Shown here: positions 29,689 to 38,861 of the stretch, piece by piece
How the letters are laid out: each line of letters opens with the position of its first letter
How positions within the stretch are numbered: the stretch's first letter is position 1
NCBI GenBank assembly: GCA_963675755.2
Contig: CAXXMD010000002.1
Location: 1,888,001-1,952,000, forward strand
DNA: 64,000 bases
From: a bacterium
Lineage (GTDB): Bacteria; Zhuqueibacterota; Zhuqueibacteria; Residuimicrobiales; Krinioviventaceae
Direction of reading: 5' to 3'
Translations under genes and position numbers: made by a program
Notes under the pieces: generated by a model
Told to the model about the DNA's origin: nothing
Seen by the model: the letters and a program-made list of their open reading frames with translations, nothing else
Database searches by the model: none

Positions 29689-31467
29689 CTAACTTATGGT
29701 AATTTTATGTTTAAATGGTGTCATTCCGGTCAAATATAGATGTGTTCCCTCTCCTTTGATTGAACCAAAGTGAGTTGAATATACCTCACCATCTAACCTG
29801 TTAATATTTGCATGTTCAAATTTGCCGGGGCCTATATGAATCGAATCTTTGCCCTGAACAAATGATGCAGTACCTTCTTTAAAAAAGAAATCATCATTGT
29901 CTCTTCCTGATTCTACATTCTCGAGTACACCGCCATTCTTGAAACAAAAATCAACCGTAACCTCAACATTATCAACACCAGAAATATTAAAATCGATTGT
30001 GAAGGATTTGCCAATTTTATCAATCTTGATAGTAGTATCCAGTTTCAATATGGTTTTGGGTCTTGAAGGAAAGTCCAGCTTGCTCCAAAAACGACGATCA
30101 GTAGATTCTGTTAATTTATAGTCACCGTTTTTGTTTCTTTTATTCTCTGGTAATGGATGAAAATAATGCCCTTCTTTTACCTCAGATAAAATATATGTAT
30201 CACCTTGTTTTTCAAGGCCATCGCTTCGGAAATAACCCGTATTAAAAAAAGAAGTTGATAGTCGTGCATATTCAAGTATAGCACTTCCTTTTCGAAAGGT
30301 GAAAAATGTAGGAATACAAGAACGACCCGATGCAATAATCAAAGGTTTGTCATTTCCACCATAAATGGAAGCGGTAATGTCGCCATCTTTGATTCTCACC
30401 AGATCTGATTCAGAAAAATATTTTGTATAGGTTTCAGGTAAATTCGAACTTTTTGGTAATTTCTTTTGCAATACCTTACTGGTCATAAAAAAGGGTAACG
30501 ATCTGGAAAGAACCTGACGATCGAAACCATCTAATGATTCAATTTCCCGAGTTATTGCAGATAAAAAGCTGTCATTTTTGATAATTGCAAGATAACGATA
30601 ATCGAGATATGACTTTAGTATAGAAATCGGTCTGTATTGGTCTTGTCTTCTTGAATCCAGACATACCAATTCACCGTCCGGTTCCATGTAATAAAAGGTA
30701 GAAACCAGATTTTTTTGAACAATATCAAAATACTCGGGTCGTTTTAAAATTTCACCGAGATGAATAAACGCATTATTCTCAACAGTTGCATAATTTCTAC
30801 TCCGCTCCGGATATTGACCATCAGCATTAATGTAAATCCCTTCAGCCAGCCATTCCTCTGCCCTGTCAAGATACCTTTGGTCCTTATAGATTGAATATAA
30901 ACGTGCAAGCATAGAGCTGACTTCCCACCTGTGGTTGGGCGTATGCACTCCGCCTGATCGAAGGCCTTCACCTGCAGCAAGTAAAAATTTATCAAGCTTT
31001 TGTTTAACATTTATAAGCGTTTCAAAATCATTTTGCTTAAGAATAATCGCTGCTGGACATAATGATTCCAATAAAAAAGCAGTATCGGGAGGAGATTGCC
31101 GGTTCCCACCGGAATCCAGCGTGCCATTAGGGTATTGTAATTCCAATAATTTATCAATTATCATTTCAAGAACAGGAACAATTTTTTCTGACTTGAAATA
31201 GCTTGAATCCGGATGGCAATAAGCAGCAGAAAAATTTGCAAAGGGTCCGCTTAAATATCTGTAATACTGTATCCCCCTTGAATCCTCCATTCGGGTAAAA
31301 AGATGATCTACATATTCATCATTACTTTTCACCAAACGATTCATAAAATCAACATCAATATCATTTTCATTATTATCATTTTTACTAGAGAGGATACCGG
31401 GACTCAATACAGCTGTTAATGCCAGAGTATTTGCCTTGAGGAATGTTTTTCGACTGATCTTTTTCAT
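29689..31467 (-). CDS. Hypothetical exported protein (Tat-like leader), possibly a carbohydrate-active alpha-toroid/beta-sandwich enzyme
   Basis: SRKTFLK leader; helical N-half with SPPDTAF, GGVHTPNHRW and DGQYPERS; beta-rich C-half. Confidence 0.7.
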   Translation of the reverse strand: MKKISRKTFLKANTLALTAVLSPGILSSKNDNNENDIDVDFMNRLVKSNDEYVDHLFTRMEDSRGIQYYRYLSGPFANFSAAYCHPDSSYFKSEKIVPVLEMIIDKLLELQYPNGTLDSGGNRQSPPDTAFLLESLCPAAIILKQNDFETLINVKQKLDKFLLAAGEGLRSGGVHTPNHRWEVSSMLARLYSIYKDQRYLDRAEEWLAEGIYINADGQYPERSRNYATVENNAFIHLGEILKRPEYFDIVQKNLVSTFYYMEPDGELVCLDSRRQDQYRPISILKSYLDYRYLAIIKNDSFLSAITREIESLDGFDRQVLSRSLPFFMTSKVLQKKLPKSSNLPETYTKYFSESDLVRIKDGDITASIYGGNDKPLIIASGRSCIPTFFTFRKGSAILEYARLSTSFFNTGYFRSDGLEKQGDTYILSEVKEGHYFHPLPENKRNKNGDYKLTESTDRRFWSKLDFPSRPKTILKLDTTIKIDKIGKSFTIDFNISGVDNVEVTVDFCFKNGGVLENVESGRDNDDFFFKEGTASFVQGKDSIHIGPGKFEHANINRLDGEVYSTHFGSIKGEGTHLYLTGMTPFKHKITIS

Positions 31468-31667
31468 AATTTACAACTCTTTTTTGTGGTGGCAAGATTA
31501 ATACTGATTTCATTTCATAGCAGCATTTGTTGTGGTAGAAAAGTATTCATATACCGAATTATGTTTACTGCAGAGAAATATAACATAAACAATTTTACAA
31601 AAGATCACAAATAATTTTCTTTTGGGAAACTTTTATACAAAATGACGAAACGTCTTCCCCCATTATA

Positions 31668-31698
31668 CAGAGATCCTGAAAAATTTACAGGATCTCTG
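31668..31698 (-). terminator. Hairpin terminator after the oxidoreductase operon
   Basis: CAGAGATCCTG-N9-CAGGATCTCTG, 21 bp beyond the stop at 31720. Confidence 0.6.
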
Positions 31699-31719
31699 AA
31701 CAATTATCAATCCGGTGTG

Positions 31720-33042
31720 TTACTCGATACAATACAAATTCTCATATCCCCGCAGTAACAATGTTTTGCCAATTACAACCGGAGACGCTTCAAACTTGTC
31801 ATCCAGTGTATTTTTAGCTATAACCTCAAATTGAGACGATGCTTTAATAACATAAAAGGTACCATTCAATCCGGTCACATATATACGATCTTGTACCCCC
31901 ATAAGAGAAGAGTAGACATTTCCCGCACCTTCCAGATTTTCCAGGGTATAGATTTCGTTTCCGGATTTTGCATCCAGACAGGAAAGTTTACCATTATTGG
32001 CTCGCAGCATATAAATCATGTTATTCATGAGCACAGGTGAGGGTGTATAGGGTGTATTTTTATCATATTGCCAGACTATGGCATCGGTACCGGTTATATC
32101 TCCACTGGCTTTATTCAGATCAATTGCAAGCAAAGCATTACCGCGGTAACCGCTCATAACATAAACAATTCCATCAAGATACAAAGGATTAGGGATAACA
32201 TTACGCGTAAGACCACTGCACTGCCATAGAATCTCTCCATTCACAGGATTATAACTGCGTACAAAGTTCGTAGCACTGGTTATGAGCTGATCCATTCCCT
32301 CATGCGTTACAACAAAAGGAGTTGCCCACGATGAACCTTCATCCCTCTCTTTTTTCCAGAGCTCTTTACCGGTTAATTTATCAAGAGCCACGATAAAGGA
32401 ATCTCCTTCATGGTCCCAAACAATGAATAACATATTTTTGTACAAAACCGGAGAGCTGCCTTCTCCAAAACTGCGTACCTTTTCCATTTTGCCAAAATCT
32501 TTTTTCCAAATTAGCTTGCCTTGCATATTAAGACAATAGATTCCTCTAGAACCAAAGTATGCATAGATATGCTCCCCATCAGTAACCGGAGAATTTGAGG
32601 CCCAGCTCCCTAGTTCATGTGTACCGTCAGGCGGCTGCTCTTCCAAAACTGTTGTCTGCCAAAGGGTCTTGCCATCTTTAATATCCACCGACAGTACTGA
32701 GAAATTTAATATACTTTCTGCAACAAGCGGGGGGCCTCCACTTGCTTTTTCCTGAATATTCGAACCAGTATCTTTTATCCCCGTTTCTATAGCGGTTAAC
32801 AATATGACCTGGTTTCCCCATACAATAGGGGTTGCATGTCCCCTACCCGGAACATCAAGTTTCCATTTAATATTTTGTGTCTCACTCCATTCTGTTGGAG
32901 GGTTTCCATTGGGAGAAATACCAGTTGCCAGAGGTCCCCGCCATTCCGGCCAGTTGCTCAAATATTCATCCGACCTTTCAATAGCATACAAGGAAACCAA
33001 AACTGATAAAACCAACAAACTGATCATAACTAATTTATTCAT
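31720..33042 (-). CDS. PQQ-binding-like (BamB-type) beta-propeller protein
   Basis: Signal peptide, NWPEWRGP, WSET.NIKWK..VPG.G.ATP, ASNSPVTDG, SSPV and G..LW repeats. Confidence 0.88.
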   Translation of the reverse strand: MNKLVMISLLVLSVLVSLYAIERSDEYLSNWPEWRGPLATGISPNGNPPTEWSETQNIKWKLDVPGRGHATPIVWGNQVILLTAIETGIKDTGSNIQEKASGGPPLVAESILNFSVLSVDIKDGKTLWQTTVLEEQPPDGTHELGSWASNSPVTDGEHIYAYFGSRGIYCLNMQGKLIWKKDFGKMEKVRSFGEGSSPVLYKNMLFIVWDHEGDSFIVALDKLTGKELWKKERDEGSSWATPFVVTHEGMDQLITSATNFVRSYNPVNGEILWQCSGLTRNVIPNPLYLDGIVYVMSGYRGNALLAIDLNKASGDITGTDAIVWQYDKNTPYTPSPVLMNNMIYMLRANNGKLSCLDAKSGNEIYTLENLEGAGNVYSSLMGVQDRIYVTGLNGTFYVIKASSQFEVIAKNTLDDKFEASPVVIGKTLLLRGYENLYCIE

Positions 33043-33046
33043 ATAA

Positions 33047-35176
33047 TCACTCCTGTTTATCTCTTGTTTTTATGGCATTTAAAATACGTTCCGGGGTCAT
33101 GGGCAGCGTGTGCATTCTTATCCCGATAGCATCACTGACCGCATTGGCAATGACTGCTCCGCTGGTAGTAATTGCAGGTTCTCCACAACCCTGTGGAGCA
33201 AGTTCAGGATTATCAATGAGAACTGCTTCGACTACAGGCGCCCAACTGAATCGGGTGATTGGGTAGGTGTCAAAATTTTCTGTAAAAATCTCACCACCAT
33301 TGAATTCTATTTCTTCACTCAAACAATATCCTATTCCCATGGTAATGCCGCCTTCAATCTGAAGTTTTGCTCCCAATGGATTAATGATCTCACCCATATC
33401 CTGTGCGCTTACCACGCGCTTGACTGTTACTATTCCTGTTCTTTCATCCACCTTAACCTCGGCTATTGTTGCAACATAGGTATTGAGATAATCCGTACAA
33501 GCAATGCCGTATCCCTTTCCACTGGGACCTTTGAAAAATGTTTTACCAAATTGATCTGCAGCCGCTTTTAACACCCGCACCATCCGTTCATCCGTTAAAT
33601 TTTTCAGTCGAAAACTGAGCGGATCCATACCCGCCGCCCAGGCCATCACATCGGTATGCGATTCCATGGCAAAGACATTGGTATTGCTGCCGGGGCCCCG
33701 CCAGGCTCCGGTATCGAATGGATGTACATCACTTGCCCGATTGGATAAAACACGATAATTAGGTATATCATAAATGGGTTCTGCGCTTCGGTTTCCGGGA
33801 TAATAGTGATCAAAGTCCCAGAATGTGATACGCCCTTTTTCATCAATTCCGGATCGGGCATGAATAACTGCCGCGGGTCTGAACGCATCGTAAAAGAACT
33901 CTTCTTTGCGGGTAAAGGCAATCTGCACGGGCTTGCCGGTAATTTTGGCCAGTTGAGCAGCTTCGGTTATTTCAGTACTGGACTTTTTACCGCCAAATCC
34001 ACCACCAATAAAAGGTGTACGTAAATGCACCTGCTCCGGTTTTACGTTGAGGGCATCTGCAATTTTCTCCTGCACACGGAATGGAGTTTGAGAAGAGCAC
34101 CAAACATCGATCATGTCACTCTTTACATCAACCAGGACGGTATGGGTTTCTATGGGCGCATGTGCAACATAGTGGTTATAATATTTTTCATCAAAAGTCT
34201 TGAATCTTTTTGCACCCGCAATATCCCCTTTTTCTGTAACCGGTCTTTTCTCCGATTCCAGATTTAATAAATGATCAAATACCGTTTCATTATTCAATTC
34301 ACTGGCAGGACTATCATACTCTGCCTTTACAAGATCAATGGCTCTTTCTGCAATATCGGGCTGTTCATGTAATACGGCTATCAGACCGTTCTGCTCAACC
34401 ACCGTCACACCGGGCACTGATTTTGCCGTCGTTGTATCTACTGATTTCAATTTTGCATTATGAGACGGAGGACGCAATACTCTGGCGTACAGCATACCGG
34501 GTAAACGGATATCCCCGGTAAATTTGGCTGCACCAGTAACTTTATCCCGGATGTCTGAACGCCTGATAGCTTTACCGGATACCTTGTGCTCGCTAAAATG
34601 TTTTATCTTTGATTCTGCATTGCGTTCAATTCGCCGGCCCTGGGCCAATTCTGCATAGTTAACCGATTTATCCGGATCTGATTTTGAAGATACTACCCCG
34701 TTGCGAACCATCAGCCCTTCAACCGGAATGCCCAGCTTTTCAGATGCCAGTTGCAGCAGTACCGCTCTTGCTTCAGCACCTGCCCGACGAAGCGCAGGAC
34801 CAAACACTTTGGTACTTCGTGATCCGGTGGTACCGCCATCCCAGGGACACAACAATGTATCACCCATGACCATATCCACCTGATCGAGTGCAACATCCAG
34901 CTCTTCTGCCAGCATTTGTGCCAGGGAGGTTATTATACCTTGCCCCATTTCTATCTTGCCCGTATAACAACTCACCCGACCATCTGCACCAATGAGCAGG
35001 TATGCGTTAAAATTACTGGGATATCCCCTTCGGTTCCCCTGTCCAACAGTAATGGTTGGATACAGCGAAAACAATATAGCAATGCCGCCACTGGTTTGAA
35101 TAAATTGTCTACGATCAATCTTTTGTACCTGCAATAATTCAACTAACAGAGATGCGGATATATTCTGATTTTTCAT
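33047..35176 (-). CDS. Xanthine dehydrogenase-family molybdopterin-binding subunit (isoquinoline 1-oxidoreductase beta-like)
   Basis: Tat-like RRQFIQ; EMGQGI.T.LAQ..AEEL, T.GS.ST, KVTGAA.F, GGGFGGK, WRGPG, QIEGG and G.GEP motifs. Confidence 0.92.
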   Translation of the reverse strand: MKNQNISASLLVELLQVQKIDRRQFIQTSGGIAILFSLYPTITVGQGNRRGYPSNFNAYLLIGADGRVSCYTGKIEMGQGIITSLAQMLAEELDVALDQVDMVMGDTLLCPWDGGTTGSRSTKVFGPALRRAGAEARAVLLQLASEKLGIPVEGLMVRNGVVSSKSDPDKSVNYAELAQGRRIERNAESKIKHFSEHKVSGKAIRRSDIRDKVTGAAKFTGDIRLPGMLYARVLRPPSHNAKLKSVDTTTAKSVPGVTVVEQNGLIAVLHEQPDIAERAIDLVKAEYDSPASELNNETVFDHLLNLESEKRPVTEKGDIAGAKRFKTFDEKYYNHYVAHAPIETHTVLVDVKSDMIDVWCSSQTPFRVQEKIADALNVKPEQVHLRTPFIGGGFGGKKSSTEITEAAQLAKITGKPVQIAFTRKEEFFYDAFRPAAVIHARSGIDEKGRITFWDFDHYYPGNRSAEPIYDIPNYRVLSNRASDVHPFDTGAWRGPGSNTNVFAMESHTDVMAWAAGMDPLSFRLKNLTDERMVRVLKAAADQFGKTFFKGPSGKGYGIACTDYLNTYVATIAEVKVDERTGIVTVKRVVSAQDMGEIINPLGAKLQIEGGITMGIGYCLSEEIEFNGGEIFTENFDTYPITRFSWAPVVEAVLIDNPELAPQGCGEPAITTSGAVIANAVSDAIGIRMHTLPMTPERILNAIKTRDKQE

Positions 35177-35655
35177 CGTGCACCTCCCTTACGCATTTCC
35201 TCAGTCGCAGTAAAAATGGCCTGTACTATGCGCTTGTACGATCCGCAACGACAAAGATTGTCATCCATGCCCTCTGTTATTTCCTGTTCTGTTGCAGTTG
35301 GATTCTCCATCAATAAGCTATAAGCATTCAGAATCATCCCGGGTGTGCAGAATCCACACTGGACCGCATTGTGTTCAATAAAAGCTTTTTGCAGGGGATG
35401 TAGGCTGCCATTATTGGACAAGCCTTCTATGGTAATGACAGATTTGGATTGCACTGATTTAATCAGTGTCTGGCAGGATCGGACTGCACGCTCATTGACA
35501 AGGACCGTACACGAACCACAGAGTCCCTCTCCGCAGCCGTATTTGGTACCGGTAAGTTCAAACTCGGTCCGCAATACCCATAACAGACTGCGGCTACTGT
35601 CTGTGGATACAGAAACCGATTTACCATTCAAGGTAAAATTTATTGTTTCGTTCAT
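35173..35655 (-). CDS. (2Fe-2S)-binding subunit (IorA/CoxS-like)
   Basis: GTKYGCGEGLCGSCTV, TIEGL, QCGFCTPG and NLCRCG motifs; ATGA overlap with the Mo subunit. Confidence 0.95.
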   Translation of the reverse strand: MNETINFTLNGKSVSVSTDSSRSLLWVLRTEFELTGTKYGCGEGLCGSCTVLVNERAVRSCQTLIKSVQSKSVITIEGLSNNGSLHPLQKAFIEHNAVQCGFCTPGMILNAYSLLMENPTATEQEITEGMDDNLCRCGSYKRIVQAIFTATEEMRKGGAR

Positions 35656-35820
35656 GGTGTGCTCCTGTAAAATGACAAGAACGTTACCGAAAGCAAAATA
35701 GACAAGTATATTACAGTATAAGCGTTACCTGATAAAGGCGCAACAGTAAAATGCACTTGGATTTACATGAACGTTGTTTTTATCAGCAGTAATCATATTA
35801 AATTTGAATGGCCAGATCAA

Positions 35821-37020
35821 AAACCATGATTACAGGATTAAAAAGATTTACATGATTAGATTTTCATCGGCCCATCCACCAGCTGGCGGATGGAAGCAAA
35901 TGGCAAGGATAAACACTGTTTATCCATTTAATTGGGTTTTTTATATATTTTCAACTACTTGAATTCACATAAACAGAGTTTATGTGTACCATTTCCGTCC
36001 GAAATCGGAATTTCGGACGGAGTAGTATTTGTTTTTTTTTATTCTCGTGCCTTGGCTCTGACTGGGCACGCTATAAACTGATTTTTAGGTTCCGCGGCAG
36101 AGACACGGAACCAGGAAAACCGACATTTTTCTAATCAAGATAATCCTTAAATCAAAATCTTTGATCGCCGGGTATATTTCTTCCCTGTTTGAATTAGGAT
36201 GTATAGGATGGGAAAGTATCCGCTTTTTAAATCCGATAATCCTACTCATCCTAAAAATCTTTTTTCATACGACTGTTTCCGCCCGGCCCGTCGATACGTC
36301 CCGGTGACTGTTGAAATAGGTCACGGCTTCAAAACACCAAGGATTCTCCGTCCCAAATTCCGATTTGGGACGGAACTATGGAGCGAAGCTCTGCTTCGCA
36401 AATCTCTGTAAATTAGAGATTTGTGCATTGAGGAATCTTCTCCAAGCACAGCTTGAGGCCAACTTTCCTGCTCAAATTTTATTTGGGCAGGAAAGTTAAT
36501 GGCTTTTTCAACAGTCACCGGGAAGATTTTATTTTTACCTGTCTGAATTAGGATGTAAAGGATTCAAGGATAAATAGGATTAGGAAATATCCGTTTTTTA
36601 TATCCAATAATCTTACTCATCCTAAAAATCATAATTCAGACGACTGTTACCTGCCGGCGCTTCGATATGGTCCGTTTCACGGACCTACTCAGCAACCGGT
36701 CTTTTTCCAATCAAGTGAATCAGGATAATCCTTTAATCAAGGTCTTAATTCAGACAATCCACCAGGGCCGGTTCCTGAGTATCTGCCGCAGGCAGAGTAT
36801 CGAAGGACAAGGCCCTGCTATCAATTATCGGCCCTTTGATACTCTCGTGAGCTTGACGCTCACTCGAACTCAGGGCCCGGTTCTGTGCTCATTTATCGCG
36901 TCTCAAGCTTTTACTGAAGACTGATTACTGACTACTGATAACTCCATACTTACAGCTTATAGCTTATAGCTATAGCCCATTTCACCTGTGAACTGAGAAC
37001 TGATAACTGAATACTGACTA
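35821..37020. repeat. 1.2-kb non-coding mosaic of palindromic repeat families
   Basis: GGATT/AATCC arms; TCCGTCCGAAAT-CGGA-ATTTCGGACGGA at 35994; CGTGCC..GGCACG and GGTTCCG..CGGAACC hairpins; two TGAATTAGGATG..CATCCTAAAAATC units (~36190, ~36545); three CTTCGATA/CTGAGT elements; heptamer runs. Confidence 0.8.
36305..36517. mobile_element. MITE (~213 bp) with TGACTGTTGAAA terminal inverted repeats and probable CCGG target-site duplication
   Basis: Left CCGG|TGACTGTTGAAATAG; right CTTTTTCAACAGTCA|CCGG; internal hairpins at 36347-36374, 36383-36399 and 36461-36497. Confidence 0.7.
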
Positions 37021-37103
37021 CTCTAAACAGATAATTCTTGACAACCACATTTAATATCACTATATTCATTGAATAAAATTTCAATCAATAATAGGTATTC
37101 ATT

Positions 37104-37718
37104 TTGGCCAGAAATAAAGAACTGAATGAAAAACTCCGGGACGAGCGTATTGAGCTGATACTTACAACCGCGCTTACCCTTTTTGCGTCCCGTGGACTGG
37201 CAGCAACAAAGATCACGGATATTGCCAAGGCTGCCAACATGTCCCAGGGACTTTTGTATCATTATTACGCTTCAAAGGAAGAGATATTTACCGAACTGGT
37301 GACCCGCGCCTTTGAACGGCTTGTTGCCGCCAGCAAGGGATTGGAAGCTGACCCTTCTTCTCCCGCAGAAAAGATCAAAATGGCAATAAAGGCCCTGCTT
37401 GAAGGATTTGAAAACAGTAAAAATGCGGCCAATTATTACCTTCTCATTGCCCACGCGGAATTGTCTGATGCGAGCCCTGTGGAAGCCAAAACAGCAATTC
37501 AAAAATACTGGCACACCCCCTATCAGGTTATGGAGGGGATCATGCGCCAGGGCCAGCAGGACGGTACCATAAAAAATCATAATCCTGCTGAAATGGCCCA
37601 ATTGTTCTGGAACACTATCAATGGCATTGCCATGTATCGGGCCATGCACCCGGATATTTATAAATCCCCGGATTTGGAGATCATTTCCGGGATGTTTTTA
37701 ACTGAAATCAAGGAGTAA
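37104..37718 (+). CDS. TetR/AcrR family transcriptional regulator
   Basis: IL..AL.LFA.RG...TKI.DIA.AA.MS.GLLYHYY.SKEEIF HTH. Confidence 0.93.
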   Translation: MARNKELNEKLRDERIELILTTALTLFASRGLAATKITDIAKAANMSQGLLYHYYASKEEIFTELVTRAFERLVAASKGLEADPSSPAEKIKMAIKALLEGFENSKNAANYYLLIAHAELSDASPVEAKTAIQKYWHTPYQVMEGIMRQGQQDGTIKNHNPAEMAQLFWNTINGIAMYRAMHPDIYKSPDLEIISGMFLTEIKE

Positions 37719-37724
37719 CCATAC

Positions 37725-38657
37725 ATGCCAAGTTTTAAAAGTAAACTGTTTGTATTCATATTAAAGCACCGTCATTTGATGGAGTTCAGATTAAAACGGA
37801 CCACCTCTGTGGATGAACAAACAGACCTTACCAAACTGCGCGCCCAGGTAGAACGCGGCGGCGGGTTCTGGGGCAAACTGCCGAAAGGATTTGAACTCGC
37901 TCCCATTGACATTGACGGGCTGGATGCCGAATGGATGTACCCGCCCAATACGGACAAATCCAAAGCGATCCTCTATTTTCACGGCGGCGGTCTGGTCCTC
38001 GGTTCCATCAGCGCGCACCGCAGTATCGTCGCGAAATTCGTACAGGATACCGGCATAGGCGCCATGCTGTTCGATTATGCCCTGGCGCCGGAGAATCCCT
38101 ACCCCGCAGGATTGAATGATTCGCTCAAAGTCTATCAGCACATGTTGGACAATGGTATAAAACCTGAAAACATTGCCTTTATGGGAGATTCCGGCGGCGG
38201 TAACCTGGTCTATGCAACCATGCTGGCGTTAAAAGAGAAAAACATTCCCCTGCCGGGAGCAGCAGTGAGCTTGTCCGCATGGACCGATCTCACCAACTCT
38301 GGTGAATCGTGGCAGTTTAACGATGAAAAAGATACCCTCTGCTGGAAAGAAGCGCAAAAAGTGTTCAGCGGATATTATTGCGTGGATAATGATCCCAAAA
38401 ATCCCCTGATCTCTCCCCTGTTCGGCGATCTGTCAGGTCTCCCGCCCCTGCTCATGTTTGCCGGTGGTGATGAAGGTATGCTCAGCGATACGACCCGATT
38501 CGCGGAAAAAGCGAAATCCGCAGGTGTGGATGTAACCCTGCGCGTGGGTGAAGGACTCTTTCACTGCTATCCCGCTTGTGCACCCATCTTTCCCGAAGCC
38601 ACAGAAGCCAAAGACGAGATTTGCACGTTTATTAAGGAAAAACTGAATGTAAAATAA
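37725..38657 (+). CDS. Alpha/beta hydrolase, hormone-sensitive-lipase family esterase
   Basis: YFHGGG, DYALAPE.PYP, GDSGGG nucleophile, LPP...G.DE and G.FH motifs. Confidence 0.93.
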   Translation: MPSFKSKLFVFILKHRHLMEFRLKRTTSVDEQTDLTKLRAQVERGGGFWGKLPKGFELAPIDIDGLDAEWMYPPNTDKSKAILYFHGGGLVLGSISAHRSIVAKFVQDTGIGAMLFDYALAPENPYPAGLNDSLKVYQHMLDNGIKPENIAFMGDSGGGNLVYATMLALKEKNIPLPGAAVSLSAWTDLTNSGESWQFNDEKDTLCWKEAQKVFSGYYCVDNDPKNPLISPLFGDLSGLPPLLMFAGGDEGMLSDTTRFAEKAKSAGVDVTLRVGEGLFHCYPACAPIFPEATEAKDEICTFIKEKLNVK

Positions 38658-38730
38658 GAAACGGCCTTTTAATTAACGGTGAGTGCGCAGAGTAACGCAG
38701 AGAAATCCTTCGCGGCCTCTGCGTTAATTA

Positions 38731-38787
38731 CTCGTTCCCAAACTCCTATTTGGGAAAGCAATAGAATGGATAAACTCTATTTATCCA
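38731..38787. repeat. CTCGTTCCCAAA-type REP-like double hairpin
   Basis: CTCGTTCCCAAA-CTCCTA-TTTGGGAA then TGGATAAA-CTCTA-TTTATCCA; same layout as 36345-36399. Confidence 0.6.
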
Positions 38788-38861
38788 ATTATTTCCCCTC
38801 GTGTTTGAATTAAGATTTAAGGATGATTAGGATTGATATTGTCTGTTTTTCAAATCTTAAA

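Noticed and set aside
36768-36811. Hammerhead ribozyme (CTGA...stem...CGAA)
   Set aside because: The core reads CTGAGTA..CGAAGG rather than CUGANGA..GAAA, and no third stem or cleavage triplet is evident.
35774-36924. Short ORFs at 35774, 36199, 36321 and 36667
   Set aside because: They lie wholly within palindromic repeat DNA, with no protein-like motifs or RBS.
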